DNA of 64,000 nt from Takakia lepidozioides. Its lineage: Eukaryota > Plantae > Bryophyta. Under the pieces are notes generated by a model, which saw only the letters and a program-made list of their open reading frames with translations, had not been told where the DNA came from and searched no databases. The stretch spans positions 1,426,001 to 1,490,000 of the forward strand of contig CM060733.1 in the NCBI GenBank assembly GCA_030704615.1, given 5' to 3'. A program made the position numbers and the translations under genes. Positions 42,434 to 56,200 of the stretch are shown piece by piece (within the stretch, counting starts at the first letter, position 1; each line of letters opens with the position of its first letter).

Positions 42434-43490
42434 TGTCGCGCGGCTTTTACTCACCCATCCCTTCGCTATCCGAGGCGGAAACTCCAAGATAGAAGAGTTG
42501 GAAATCTCTAAGTACTCAGCCCGCGCAGAACAATCAGTCATGACCTACAGCTAGTGTATCATGGGGGTGTTTCCTATTTGTTTCCCTTTCCGCATTCATC
42601 TTAGCTACCTTACCATTGATAATTAAGTATCAGTTTGCTTCATCAATCTATCGGTTTCCTTCACTCATCCATTCAATCCACAGCTTCACTCAGATCTCTC
42701 TACACAGTGTGATTGTATCGTGTAAGTATCAGATTATGATTTATCAGGTATCAGGCCGAAGCCATTATGTCTCTAATCTGCTCTACAATATCACTACAGC
42801 TTTGCATATAACAAGCATCTACTAATCCTCTTTCCTCCTTCACCGTGCTCTCCATCTTTTGCTTCCGATCTCCGCTCCAGCCTGACTAAGAAGTCCTCCT
42901 CCGAATAATGATCCTCATCTCCCCGTTTCTCCCTTTATCTTCCTCTCCGCGGTTCTAACCGTTTCCCTCGCTAACCGTTGTCTGTGAACTAACATGTTCC
43001 CTTCGCAGGTGTTGTTCCCCACAGTCGTTCCCTGTCCTACTCTTCGTTCCCTATGATGTGACCGCTGTGTCAAGCTGTGACTGGCTGTGTGAAACTGTGA
43101 CGGGCTGTGACTGGCTGTGCGACTGTGTTTGGCTGTGTCGGGCTGTGACTGGCTGTGTGGCTGTGTGGCTGTATCGGCTGTGTCTGCTGTGACGACTGTG
43201 ACGGGCTGTGTTGGCTGTGTCGGCTGTGACGACTGTGACGGGCTGTGTTGGCTGTGTAAGCTGTGACGACTGTGACGGGCTGTGTTGGTTGTGTCGGCTG
43301 TGACGACTGTGACGGGCTGTGTTGGCTGTGTCTGCTGTGACGACTGTGACGGGCTGTGACGACTGTGTAACCCCCCTCTACAGTGCGCTGCTGTCACCCC
43401 TAAGGCTCCTGTTGGTCTCAGTCTGTGCAAAAATTAAGGGTACCCTACAGATCCCGTATAAGTGTCTAAGTCCCCTACAGTCCTCTAACA
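42434..43490 (-). repeat. Element B 5' LTR
   Basis: Direct repeat of 30105-31083, followed by TSD GACGG at 43491-43495. Confidence 0.95.
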
Positions 43491-44049
43491 GACGGTGACG
43501 ACAAAGACTTGGACAATGACTTTTCATGTGAGTAAGTTCATTTTTTGTCTATTTGATCCCTATGTATATGCTCTGTCGCGTCCCCTTCTGTTGTCTGATT
43601 GTTACCCAAATGGTGCATTTCTGATTGCAGGAATGTGAACGCACTCCCGTGGCCCCTGTCTTCCATATACTTGAGGGACTTGTGCTGGAGCCCACCTCCA
43701 ATATTTGGTTGGATGGATGGAGGATGAATGTTTTGGATGGATGAACCCCGATTGGATGTACACTGTGGATGAATGTTGCATGCATGGATGGTCCCATGGA
43801 TGATGTCAGTGCGCAGTATCATGCACAGGGGCGGGATGGCGAGGTTCACTGTCGGGGTTGAGGTGGGTCCTAAGGCTAACAAGGGTTAGGGTTTCTGTTT
43901 GGGGTTGCAGGGTTAATATGGATGAAGACGTGTTTCTGCGGTAATGGATCCTCTTCCACGGAAATAGACGCCGCATCTTTCCCAAAACCATGCCACGTGT
44001 CATGGGCTCACGCCAGGCTCCTGGGCTCACAGGCTCCTGGGCTCACGTG

Positions 44050-47000
44050 GCTAGGCTCACACTCTAGCATCCCCCATACCAGTCCGACCCAAGGGGTCCC
44101 TCCAGCCTCTGGTAATGTGCCTAACCTAAATATTCAGGGCATTTGTGATGCTATGGCTACGCTGTCTAGTTGTCCAACTCTTATGCAACTCTTTTTGGAT
44201 AAACAAGTAGGTTCGCCTTCAGTTACCAAGCTCAAGGAGGTTCATCGTGCTCACAAACGTTTTTATCCTGACTATGAGGTAGGCCAAGACTTTGACAACT
44301 TCCTCAATTTTTTTGAGATGAGTGTCAAATTCAATGAGCTGCCAGCTTCTATGATTACTGATTCCTTTCGTTTTTGCCTCAAAGGTGAGGCTCGTGACCT
44401 CTTTGAAGCTAGTATCAAGGATCAGGGTGAGTTGCGATGGGGAGTGGCCAAGCAGTTGGCGCAGTTGAGGCTAACCCAAGAAAAGCACGGACACAATTTT
44501 TGTCACGTGGTGTAGGAAAGTCCCAGACAGCCTGAATTTTGGCAGGGTCAGGGCTAATGCCTTGGGCTGAGAGAAGGTGGCCAAGAAAATGAAGCTCCGT
44601 CATGCACAGGTCACATTTCTTAGCTTTCACTTTGAGACCTGCTCTTCTAAGCCTGCACAAAATGCGCTTCAGATCCAGCATGTGAGAATCAAAGTCAGCG
44701 AGTAAACGTTGATATCATCAACATATACCAATGCATATTCCCAGCGCAAGTTCCCTTGAACAACATCCATGAGACGTTGAAAGGTGGCAGTGACATTACA
44801 TAATCCAAAAGACATGGTTTCAAACTGAAAGAGGCCCATCTTACAGGTGAACGCAGTTTTCTCCTTGGCTGACTCTGTGAGTGGAACCTGCCAAAAACCC
44901 GCAGCAAGATCCAAGGAAGAGAAGAGAGTGGCACCATTAAGTTGATCCAAACGAGGTAATCTTTTTTTGTTAGGGCATTGAGACGTCGGAAGTCAACACA
45001 GAAACGGGTGGTACCATCCCTTTTGGCAACCAACACGATGGGGCTGGCCCAGGGGGAAATAGAGGGTTTAATAACTCTTGCATCAAGCATCTTGGTCAGT
45101 TTGATTTGCATAATTTCGCGCTCCTTGACACTCTCTCTATAAGCATACTGTTTGACAGGGCTACCTTCAGTGATAATGTCATGATGAAGAACCTCGATAC
45201 GTCCCAAATCATGAGAACCAGGACTGAAAACATCAAGATTGTCACAAATAATATGATATAAACGAGACTTCTCATTGTCAGTGAGACCAGAGCCAATTTT
45301 GATATCAGTCAGGACTTGATCAAGATGAGCAGATTGTGCATGAGTGAGGGGACTGACCGGGGGTGCATCGACAGATTGTGCTAGGAGATGCAATTTGATC
45401 TACAGGATCATCAGACAGACCAATGTCAGCAAAACTTAAAGCATGTTGCACCTCTCATAAATCTGTCAATGGGGTGGCAGTGAGTCGAGCAAGGACCTAA
45501 CCCTTGCGGATGGTGATAGGTATGTGTTCTTGGTTGGCAACAAGAAGTCTGAGCTCCCCTCGAAAGCCCCGATCCAGCACCCCAGATGCAATCAAACAAT
45601 GTTTAGAAAGCATCAAACGTTTCCACCCTTCGACTTCAAGATAATGACCTTGTGGACAAAGAAATGTGAGGCCAAGAGAAACTATCTTTTGGGAGGAGGC
45701 AGGGATAACGAAGTCAGCGGGAGTGCGAAGAAGAGTCGTGTTACCTGGGATTGGAATGGGAGGGCCACTCTTCTTACCAGGCAAAGGTGGCTACCATTGA
45801 TACAGGGTGAAGGGAGCCGTCTTGGCAAAGTTAAAGTAGCGTGTCCAGTTGTATTGCTCACCCACCTGCCGCTTTGTTTCAGCAACAAGGGTTTGCATGT
45901 GGGAGAGATGTGCAGTGGCACAACCAGCAGGCAAGGAGACAGAGTTGAGCTGCACCTTGTGGGGGGAGGAGCTGCCACTGGCAAGCCACATGACGTTTTC
46001 AACCACATCAATTTTTGCACCTGCAGCACACATCCAATCCAAGCCTAACAACAACTGTTCACCAATGGTGACGATACAAGTCAGTGTGACCGACTTGCAA
46101 CTGACCTTAATGGGGACGGTGACCAAACCTAGGGGTTCATAACGTGTGCCATCTGCAATGGTCACCTGCAGACCCTTGGCTGGAGTGAGCTTGAGACCAA
46201 GTAGTCGAACCACGGACAATGGAACAGCAGACATGGTACAGCCTGTGTCAACAACACATGAAAATGAGAGGTGCCCTATGTGACATTGAGTCATGAGAGG
46301 GTGCACTCTCTCCTTCCTAAGCTTTCTATTGGCTTCACAATGCATCAACTTGATTTCATTGGACAACATTACAAAAACAATGGAGTCATCCTTCGCATGG
46401 TGTGTGGGAGACTGACCTGCTTGGCCCCTTCACAAGCGATCGGGTTTGTTTAAAGGCTGTTTGCCCCTCTGTAAACGTTGAATACGTTTGTGTTCTTCAA
46501 TCATACCAGGGACAAGAGCGGCATAAGTGAAGAATCGGGTCCAGTGCTCAAGTGACCCACAAATGAAACAGACCACACGTTTACCTTGAACCTCATACCG
46601 TGGGCCAGTCTAAGTGTGGCCACGATGAGAGTCAGCAGGAGGAGGCTTGGCAGGTGCAGCCCTCCAGGATCCTTCTGCCCTCACAGCCTGAAGCTGAGTA
46701 TGCAGCTCTTGTTGTAGGTTTTTAACTTCCTCCAGCAATGTGGGAGAGGCCTCTGTAGAGCCACCCTTAACCATGGCAACCCCATGAGAACAGTCGGAAG
46801 CATGCTGATGAGCAGAATGAACAACAGGCTGACAACCTTTGCCTAGTTTAACATTCTTAAACCGCATGCACTCATCCATCATCTCTACCATATGCCTCTC
46901 ATTGCGATAAAGATGCTTTTGTAGGTAGACTTGATCAGAGGCAGGCAATCTGGTAATGAAGTAGGTTTTAAGGATGGCAGTGCGTTCAGAAGGTACCGGA

Positions 47001-49167
47001 ATGGCCTTGACCACCGTGGTTTTCAAGTCAGTGCAGACATGCCCATCAATTACACCATGCATGATCGTCCTTATCAACCTGGTGAGAGTATCTGGAAATA
47101 CTATTATTATCGTCGTTTCATTAAACACTTTGCTCACATTGCCGTTGCGCTTAATCAATTGTTATGCAAAGATGTTCGTTTTCTTTGGGGCAAGTCCCAA
47201 ATCACTGCTTTTGAGAAACTCAAAATTGCCCTCACCAGTGCACCCATTCTAGTCTTTCCTGATTTTTCCCTACCCTTTATTCTTCAAACTGATGCCTCTG
47301 ACCTGGCTGTTTCAGCTATCATATGCCAAAAGAGACATGGCAGGGAACATGTGGTGGCCTATGCTTCCAGGCGGCTTGATAAACATGAAAAGAACTATAG
47401 TATCACTGATAAAGAGGGCCTTGCAGTCATTTTTGGGGTTAAACATTTTCGGCAGTATCTCCATGGTTGCCCCTTTGTTATTCAGACTGATCATCTTCCA
47501 TTGAAGGCTCTCAAAACCCCACGAGCACTCTCGGGACGCTTGGCTCGGTGGTCACTTACTCTTCAAATGTTTGAATACGACATTGAGTATAAGAAGGACA
47601 AAGCCAACAGCAATGCTGACGCTCTCACACGCACAGAGACTAAGTCCTCTGACCTTTATGTTACTTTAGATGACCTTGCCCACTGCTTACCATCTACTGC
47701 TTCACCCTTGCCTTCTTCCTCTTCTGACCAGTCCGATTTACTTGCCTTGTTTGCCATTGTTCCTCTTCTTCCACCTGATCTCATGTCTGAATGGGATTTG
47801 CTCTCCTTTTCTGCTGGTTGAAGTTGGTTTAGAGTGTTGTACTGTCACTGTGGTCATATTCTAGGTATGATATCACTCTCTCTTCTGTGATTGAACTGTC
47901 ATTTTCTTCTTCTAGTTCTGGTTTTGGCACTGAATCCTCTCCATAGGGAAATTTGCTTCTGTGCTTCATTGTCCTTGGTTGCATCTTCATGAAGTCACCC
48001 TTGTCACTCAGTTGAGCTGACAGCCTTTCCCTGGAGATCACTGAGGCGGACACTCCGATAGGCTCACACTAACCCAAGGGCTGGCTATGGCAGCTGCAAC
48101 CATGGAGGACCAACTTCACCAAGCCCTCCTCCAGAAGTGTAAGACCAACACTCATCTGTCGGGCCTATCTTCCCGTCTCCTTAGGCAAGTCAACTATCAT
48201 CTCCCCTCTCATCGGGAGCATGAAGGTAAATTGCTTAAGGTAGTTCATGTTCATGGGCAAGAGACTGCCGTGGAGGTCCCTACTAGGATGCTTGCGTTGC
48301 TTGAGCTTTATCATTGCTCACTATATGTTGGTCATCTAGGCGTTGACAAAACTGTCAAGCGACTCCAAGAAAAGTACCATTGGAAGGGGTTAACTAAGGA
48401 TGTGGCAGATTTCATTTTTAAGTGTGTTACATGTAAGTCTAAAACACTGCTGCCTAGGACCATAGCTCTTCTTAAATTACAACCAATTCCGGTGACTGAG
48501 ATGTTTGCCCGAGTTGGTCTTGATCTTGTTGGACCCCTCAGAACTACGACTAAGGGCAATAGCTACATATTCTTCTTTGATGAAATCCTGCTACGCCATG
48601 GTTGTCATCTTGAAATTTTAACTGATCAGGGTACGGAGTTTTGTAATCAACTTATGGAGGTTGTGTGCTTTAATTTAGATGTCAAGCATCGCTTGACTGC
48701 TCCCTGCAACCCCCAGTGCAACGGGCTTACAAAGAGGTTTAACAAAACCATGTGCCAGTTGTTAGAAAAGAATGGGGCTCTCACTGAAGACTGGGATGTT
48801 ACTCTACCCATTCTCATATTTGCCTACAGGACCTCAGTGCATGCCATCACTCGCTTTTCCCCTTTTGAATTATTGTATGGCCACAAGGCTCGCACCCCTC
48901 TTCATGTCCCTGTGCTTCAAACTCAGGTTGAGGAGCCCATCATATGGGAAAACTTTCTTACTCACCTCACTTCTCATCGTTTACGTTTATTAGAGACTGT
49001 TAAGCACAACATTCAGGTTTCTCAAGTTGCTCACGCTAGAAATTATAACCGTAGGGTTGTTTACTCTGAAATTTTTTCTCTAGGCCAGACTGTTTGTGTT
49101 CGATTGCAGCTTGGCAAACAGGTTACCAAATCCAAGATGCGGATCGATGGGCCTTATCTGATTCATG
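44050..49167 (+). pseudogene. Element A gag-PR-dUTPase-RT-RNaseH-integrase remnant with internal inversion (~44467-47100)
   Basis: Gag start on +. Protease VVDTG, dUTPase and RT YVDD on -. RNase H (QTDASD..DKEGLA) and integrase (GHLG..CVTC, GLDLVGP, TDQG, GPY) on +. Confidence 0.88.
45497..45784 (-). CDS. dUTPase-like domain between protease and RT of element A (inside the inverted block)
   Basis: DFVIPASSQKIVSLGL..GHYLEVEG..IASGVLDRGFRGELRLLVAN..ITIRKG resembles trimeric dUTPase motif III (GVID.DYRGE). Confidence 0.75.
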   Translation of the reverse strand: MPGKKSGPPIPIPGNTTLLRTPADFVIPASSQKIVSLGLTFLCPQGHYLEVEGWKRLMLSKHCLIASGVLDRGFRGELRLLVANQEHIPITIRKG

Positions 49168-49872
49168 TGTCATGCGCATACATATCGCTACACAACTACA
49201 TCGCTGTCCAAAACCACACAACACGTGCACACCACACACTAGTATACCACTAGTCCACCACTAGTCCAGCCACTAGTCCAACCACTAGGCTACAACTAGT
49301 CAGTCACTAGGCTGCCACTATGCTGCCCACTATGGCAGTCACTAGTCCACACAATGATAAAGAAGAAGAATACAAGCACAAGCTCATGCGAGCTCACAAA
49401 GCTGAAGCATAAACTCAGGCATATATAACCTCATCACTCAAATACAAGTCAAGCCAAGTGCACCCCACGCCATGGGGAATCCACACTACGGCGCCATAGC
49501 TAGGCGCGGTGAGGCTCAACTCGAGAAAGATGAGCCTTCCGCGCTTGCCGTGAAGATAACCACTCCAGGGCCTAAATCTTCCTTGACCCCTGGATTGACA
49601 CTTGGGCCAATCCCAAATGTCAATATGTAAAAGCTAGCTATTTCCTAGCTAGTTTCACACTAGTGGTAAAATAACTTGACAGCTGTCGTGCGCATACATA
49701 TCGCTACACAACTACATCGTTGTCCAAAACCACACAACACATGTGCACACCACACACTAGTATACCACTAGTCCACCACTAGTCCAGCCACTAGTCCAAC
49801 CACTAGGCTACAACTAGTCAGTCACTAGGCTGCCACTATGCTGCCCACTATGGCAGTCACTAGTCCACACAA
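49168..49872 (-). repeat. Element D 3' repeat block B1-GC-A2-B2
   Basis: 49168-49354 matches 49684-49872; 49355-49681 matches 60609-60935. Confidence 0.95.
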
Positions 49873-50131
49873 TCGCCCCCCTAGCTGGTGCTTAGGTCCC
49901 TCTAAGTCCAGGTAGCCACAAGATGTGATAGTGACCATAGCCTCACTAAGTCCTCCACCACTATCCCTACTACACTCAAACTCGATAGATCAAGAGGCCG
50001 GGTGCAAGAGTTGCCCCATCGTTAGTCGCCGTCTTGCAACCTGTGAACTTGAGCTTGGGATCTCATGTATTGACTCCTATGAGCTTGGCCTCCCATGTCT
50101 TGTTAGCTGCCTCCAGTCATGTCCACTGCCA

Positions 50132-50274
50132 CTATCCCAAGCAGTGTGGACACAACCAATCTCCGTCAGGAACCTTCTCAAGAGGTGGTGTCAAGCATCC
50201 CATATGCCAACCCCTTGAGCATCGATCACACACCAGCATGGTGGCTGCCCTTTGGCAGACCCACAGAGCATGCA
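50132..50274 (-). CDS. PHD finger at the integrase C-terminus of element D
   Basis: With one base restored in the G-run at ~50248-50250: CMLCGSAKGAATMLVCDRCSRGWHMGCLTPPLEKVPDGDWLCPHCLG* (C4HC3). Confidence 0.9.
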
Positions 50275-53200
50275 CCTCAAACCTGCAGGTACCACTGCCA
50301 AGTTTGGGTCAACTCTGCCATCGACATTGGGAAGGTGACATGGCGCACAATTACGCACATGGTCCTTCCAAGTCATGCCATCCCGACCCTCCAAGATCAG
50401 GACCCCTGAGGGCAACACCTCTCGAACCCTCAGAATAACACGCCCTGCAGTAACATCCAGAGTCGTAGGAGCAGTCTGCTGCAAATAAACATAGTCACCA
50501 GGGCTAAACCTCCGAACCCCAGGACGATATCCTCCACCACGTATAGTGGCATACCTCAACGTATCACGGTGCTGTGCAATGGCAAGGTTCTCAAAAGCCA
50601 TGGGCATGACTTTCTTGAACAACTCTGCACGCTGATCACATGCACGTACCCACACGTCCGGATCGTCAAGGTTAAGGACTTGAGCAGTGTCCCTACGAAT
50701 GGCTGCAGGCAAATCCGGCTCTCGGCCAAAGAGAAGGAAATATGGTGAGAAGGAGGCAAGTGATGCTTGTTTGCTGAACCTGTAGCCCATGGCTAACCAA
50801 GGAACCTGAAGATCCCAATCTCCTAGGTGTCCCTTCTGCAAGCCATACTTGCGCAAACCCCTCTTCACCGTCTGAACAACTCTCTCTGCTAAGCCATCGG
50901 CCTCAGGATGATCCCGAGAAGTGGTGCGGTGGTCTATCAAGGCTTTATCACACAAAGCCTGAAACTCCCCCAAAAACTCTCTCCCTTGGTCCGTGAGTAC
51001 CTCAGCTGGAGCACCAAATCGGCTAAGCACACGATCCAAGAATGCATACGCAGCCCCCTCACTAGCCTTGTCAGGCAATGGAACCAACTCAATCCACTTG
51101 GAGAAGTGCTCCACCATCACCAACACATATCTGTGGTGGCGCATAGTCAGTGGCAACGGTCCTGCGAAGTCAAGACTCCACCTGTAGCCCAATCCCATGA
51201 TTGGTAAAGGATGCAACTGTGGTGTAGGGGCGTTGAATGAAGCACGCACCCTGTCACACACCATGCACCTAGCCACGAACTGTTGCACCTCTGTATGCAT
51301 ACCACGCCACCAATACTGCCCCTGCAGTAAACTGTGAGTGCGTCGCACTCCAAAATGCCCCAACTCCTCATGGGCATGCCGCACTAACCGTGCACGCTGT
51401 GTGGGGTGAGGCACAATCCTCACCCGACCATCCTCCCACACTCGAAGTAGGTGTATCCCCTCCCACTTGAACCTCTTGGCTCGTTGCAGGATCCGATCCC
51501 TCTCCCTGGCAGTCACAATGGCTGCCGTGTCTCCCGTGCGGAGGTAGTCCAACACAGCCGAATCCTCATGTATATCTCTGGCACCACCTAGCTCATCACT
51601 AGCCTCAGGGTCCTCAGACACTCCGTCTACAGTCATCCCTGTTGTAGGTCCAATCTGACCTCCCGATGCCAAGATACACAAAAATGCAGATGCGTGCCAT
51701 CCCGGCACCATCTCCTCGTCCGTCTCACCATGCCACCGAGCTCCAGTGTCATCCTGCTGGCTCATGCATGGATTGCGACTCAATCCATCCGCATCCCGAT
51801 TGACCAAACCCGGTCGATGCACAACCTGAAAGTCATACTCCTGGAGTATAAGTGCCCACCGTGCAAGCTTCCCCGTAAGCTTGTCTGACTCCATCAACCA
51901 CTTGAGTGGCTGGTGATCCGTGACAAGGGTGAAAAGATTGCCGTATAGATAGCACCTGAAGTGTGCCACGGCCCACACTGCAGCTAAGCACTCTCCCTCA
52001 TATGAGCTGTACTTAGCCTCTGCAGCGTTGTTCGAGCGGCTAGCGTAAGCCACTACGAACTCTCTTCCCTCATCATCCACCTGTGTGAGCACCGCTCCAA
52101 GCCCCAGCATGCTCCAATCCGTATGCAGCTGAAAGGGACGCCCCCTGATAGGTCGTCTCAAGATAGGCGCCGAGGTCAACCTCGCCTTGAGCTCTTGAAA
52201 AGCTCGTTCCTGCTCATCTTCCCACTGCCACTCCTGGTCCACCTTGGTCAGCTTGGTTAGAGCCTTTGCAATGGTACTAAATCCCTTGACAAACCGTCTA
52301 TAATAGTTTGCCAACCCCATGAAAGCTCGAACTCGGCTCACATCCGTGGGGCGTGGAATTTGTGCAATGGCCTCTACCTTAGTCTGCTGTACCCCCAATC
52401 CTCCAGGATATATCATGTGACCCAGATACTCAATCTGGTTGTGGAAAAACTTGCACTTCCCCGGATGCAACTTCAATCCGTGCGCTCTCAAGCGCTCCAA
52501 TACCACCTGAAGGTGTCTCTCATGCTCCTCCATCGTAACACTAAAGATGATGATGTCATCTATGTAGCACCGAGCAAAGTCCACCCCTGCTAGAATCCTA
52601 TCCATGACTCTCTGAAACTCTGCAGGAGCATTCTTAAGCCCAAATGGTAAGAACCGCCACTGATATAGGCAATCCTTGCCGTGCTCATTGATCCCCCAGA
52701 ATGTCGTCTTCTGCTTGTCCGCCTCCTTGATTGGCAACTGGTGATATCCGGATCGTAAATCCAAAGTGCTAAAGCCTTAGCATGCCCGATGGCATCAAAG
52801 ATCTCCTCTGGTGTTGGCATGGCATACTTATCGGACTTGGTCTGACGATTTACAGGCCGGTAATCACCGCACATACGTCTCTCCGTCCAATTGCCATAGA
52901 CATCCTTCTTGGCTGGCATCACTGTGGCTGAAGCATACTCTCCACCAGAGAGCTCCACCAAACCTGCCTCCCAGAGATCTTGAGTCCTCATCTGAATCAA
53001 AGACCTCTCCATGTCACTGTATCTATAGGGTCTCCGAAAGATTGGCGTGTCAGTGGCCAACTCAATACGGATCTCTTGACCCTTCAGTGCTCCCAAGTCC
53101 TTCAAACTGAAGGCAAAGCAATTCCTGTAAGCCCTCAGGAACCGCCGTATACGTCGTCTCTCTCCTCCGGTGACAATGGGTCCAATGTCAGGCTCCCAAT

Positions 53201-56200
53201 TGTCCTCCGTAACTGCAACCTTAAGTCCAGTGGGCTTAGAGGTAGAGGACGCGTCCAGTGGTTGCTATGTTGCAACCTCTTGAGCAGTACTCCCTGCCTG
53301 CTCAGTCAATGACAAGGCCTCATCCTGCCCCATCATCTCATCCTTGAGGACCTCCTCAACCCGAGAAGAATCCCCAACCTCATCCATCACAGCCGCCTTG
53401 GCTGCCAACTCCCTCTGAACCTCGAGCACCTCCCACGTGTGCCATGGATGCATGCACCCCGTGGTCCTCACATGCTCGCCCCCACTCACTGCCTGTACCG
53501 TCTCGGTAGGCAGAGAGACCATTGAGGGAAGTGTACTCCGCACTCTGCGTTGCTCAGCCAGAGCCAAGCTGATAATCCAGGTCAAGCAATTGAGATCCAT
53601 TGCTTGCCCCAACACTTGACGACGTGATGCCTCAGAAAGAGACGACACCGCCGTGGTACCAGTGGTAAAACCCATTGCCCGCTCACGCTCGTCAGCATTA
53701 GGCTCCACTAACTGCTGCAACTGAGCATCCCACAGGAGGCCAGGTCCACTATCCCGGAAAGCATGCGATCCTGGGAAGCTGAGCAGTGTAGGTAATGCTG
53801 CTCGTGGTTGACCCACCTTGTTGACCACTGCCAAAGGCGAACGGTCATCGTGTCTCACACGTTGAGACTGCCTCCCTGTGTCCAGAATGTATCCACTGTG
53901 AGATGTGCTGGCCGCTGCACCCCATCAAATGCACGCTTGAGCAGTGCGGGTGGCATCAAGTTAGTCCACCATAGCCGTGGACGATGAGCCCGTGACCCCA
54001 CTGTAGCTGCATCTAGCAACACTGCTGACCCAAGCCACGACCGGACTTGATGCACACTGGCCATCACCCTGGCCCGAGAATCGCCCATACATTCTCCAAG
54101 ATGTATGCTGGAGATACAGCTTGATGAAGCTGCAAGTGGCGCAAAACCCGCACCATCTCCCAAAACAGACCCGACCTCGAGTCTCGCAATCCATTGCCAT
54201 GCCCGGCTGATGAATGCCCTTGGCAGGGCCAACCTGCCACTACCAGATCAATGGAGCCAACCCGCTCCAAATCCTGCGCCCCCAGCAACGAAATGTCTGC
54301 TGGCAAGGCCTGCTGATATCCACGAATTGCAGACACCGACAACAACTCAGGGTACCGCTGCACCAACTGAGCAACATGGCGAAGTGAAACGCGTCGTGCA
54401 GTCTCATCCCTCTCCACATACAGGTAACGCCGAACTCGTACACCTGCCTGTAACACAGCAGCCAATCCGGTGCTGATCCCGCCAAACAAGTCCAGAAGAC
54501 AAATGCCTTCATCCGGATACTGCCACACAATAGGTGTGGTGTCCAATGGAGACAATTGAGGTGGTCCTGGTGCAATCCCCACACTCTCCTCTCTCCTGAC
54601 GGTACAAAAGCCTCCACCCAGGCTTGTTGCACCCGTCGATCAGCATCCCGCTGCAAATCCTTGCTCGTGCCCCACAATGGAGTCTGAGCAACCATGGTAG
54701 GCAACTCCGCCATACCATACATGTCATCCTGCTCTCCCGGAGGTGGTACATCCTCTGAATGAGCATTGCCCTCAAGCAACTCTCTAGGCCAACTCACTGC
54801 CGCTGTGAATGCTGCTAGTGTCGGCATCTTGCCTCGCTGGGCAACCGCAACTCCTCCTATGAACGTCACAGGGAGCTGCACACGCCGGCCCTCCCCTGAC
54901 TGCCATGCAGGCCTATAGGAAGCTGACTCCTCCCAAAAATCCAGGGTGAAGCCCATGGGGTACAACACTGCCCCACCAACCAGGACATCGTATGAGACTG
55001 CGTCTGTCACAATGGCCTTGGCTCGCATCACTGAGCCATCTGTAGGGTGATCCGGCCGTAGTCTGATAGCCAACTCACATTGTGTCATGCCCCGAGCCTG
55101 CTCCGATCCTCCCAGAGACGTCTGTATCTGGAAAGGACAAGGCTCCATATCCGCCTCCGTGAGGCCCAAGCCTGCAATAGCAGCTCTGCCCAGCATCAAT
55201 GGCTGAGCTCCCGAGTCCAACAAGACCCGCAGTGGCCGGTACCTCTTGCCTGCCGGTCCACTCAAACAGAAAATGCCATCCTGGTTGTCTAACATGACAA
55301 CTCCAGGTGTCACCATGGCGCGCTCAATGGCTGGCCTAGCTGGCAGCTCCATCAACCTGGCAGCTGCAGCTTGCCATGGCGCCGCCGTGGCAGTCTTGAC
55401 CCTCAAATCCGAGGATCCCTCCGGCACTACACCTCCCACTATCTCCGCAGAAGATGAAGTAACCTCCCCACTCTCACAGAGTGTAGCTGCCAGCCTGAAC
55501 ACCTCAGCTGGTTTACCCCCGGCGTCGCAATCATGGTAGCCGAGAACAATGGAGCCTGGCACACAGATGTGGCCGCTCCTAGCAGCACACTAGCTGCCGT
55601 AGCCTTGGCAACACTAGGTAGTGGTGCTACCCGTGTAGCTCTCCCCAATGGCATAGTAACCTCCGCCTCGGTAACAGTCGGGCGAGAACTAGGTGCCATG
55701 GATGGCGTCGACACTGTCTCCGCCAATGTGAATGACTGAGGAAGCCTAGCCTGACGGCTTGCCTCCCCACGCTGTGGATCCAACTCCACCTCTGCACCTC
55801 GTGGCTCAGGAACTCGTGCTGCTCCTCGAGTCACGGCTGCAGCAGACTCCACCTGCACTAGTGGTAGTGCTGCTCCACACATGAATCCCATGCCTCCCAT
55901 ATCTCCTCCCTCAGGAGCAGGAGGTGGACCATCCGGCCTTAGAGCCGGTACCACCTGAGCTGTAGCCATGGCAGCGAGCCTCTGCTCTAGCTGCTGAAGC
56001 CGGTTGGCCATGCCTTGGTCAACACCCTGACCTCCGCGTCCTTGGCCACGTTGAGCTTGCCCTTGGCCTCGTGGCTGGCCACCTCGTCCTCTCTGGGCTG
56101 CTCCACCTCGCCCCGGCCACCATTGTTCCCTTGGAACTGGCCTGGGCGCAACTCAGGATGCAAACCATAACACTGGGCCTCTCCATGCCCGTGCTTGCCA

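Larger units (their letters stand above)
30105..43490 (-). mobile_element. Element B: full-length canonical Ty3/Gypsy (non-chromovirus type) with extra ORFs
   Basis: LTRs 42434-43490 and 30105-31083 (TG..CA), 5-bp TSD GACGG, PBS TGGCGACCA, PPT GAGGGGGAAGGGG; gag-PR-RT-RH-IN order. Confidence 0.96.

Noticed and set aside
43885-43915. Telomere-like GGGTTAGGGTTT
   Set aside because: Only about two units; not an array.
53560-54510. Bacterial restriction-modification gene or contamination
   Set aside because: The domain is embedded in the pol of a TSD-flanked retroelement, has DNMT3-like motifs and has no cognate nuclease nearby.
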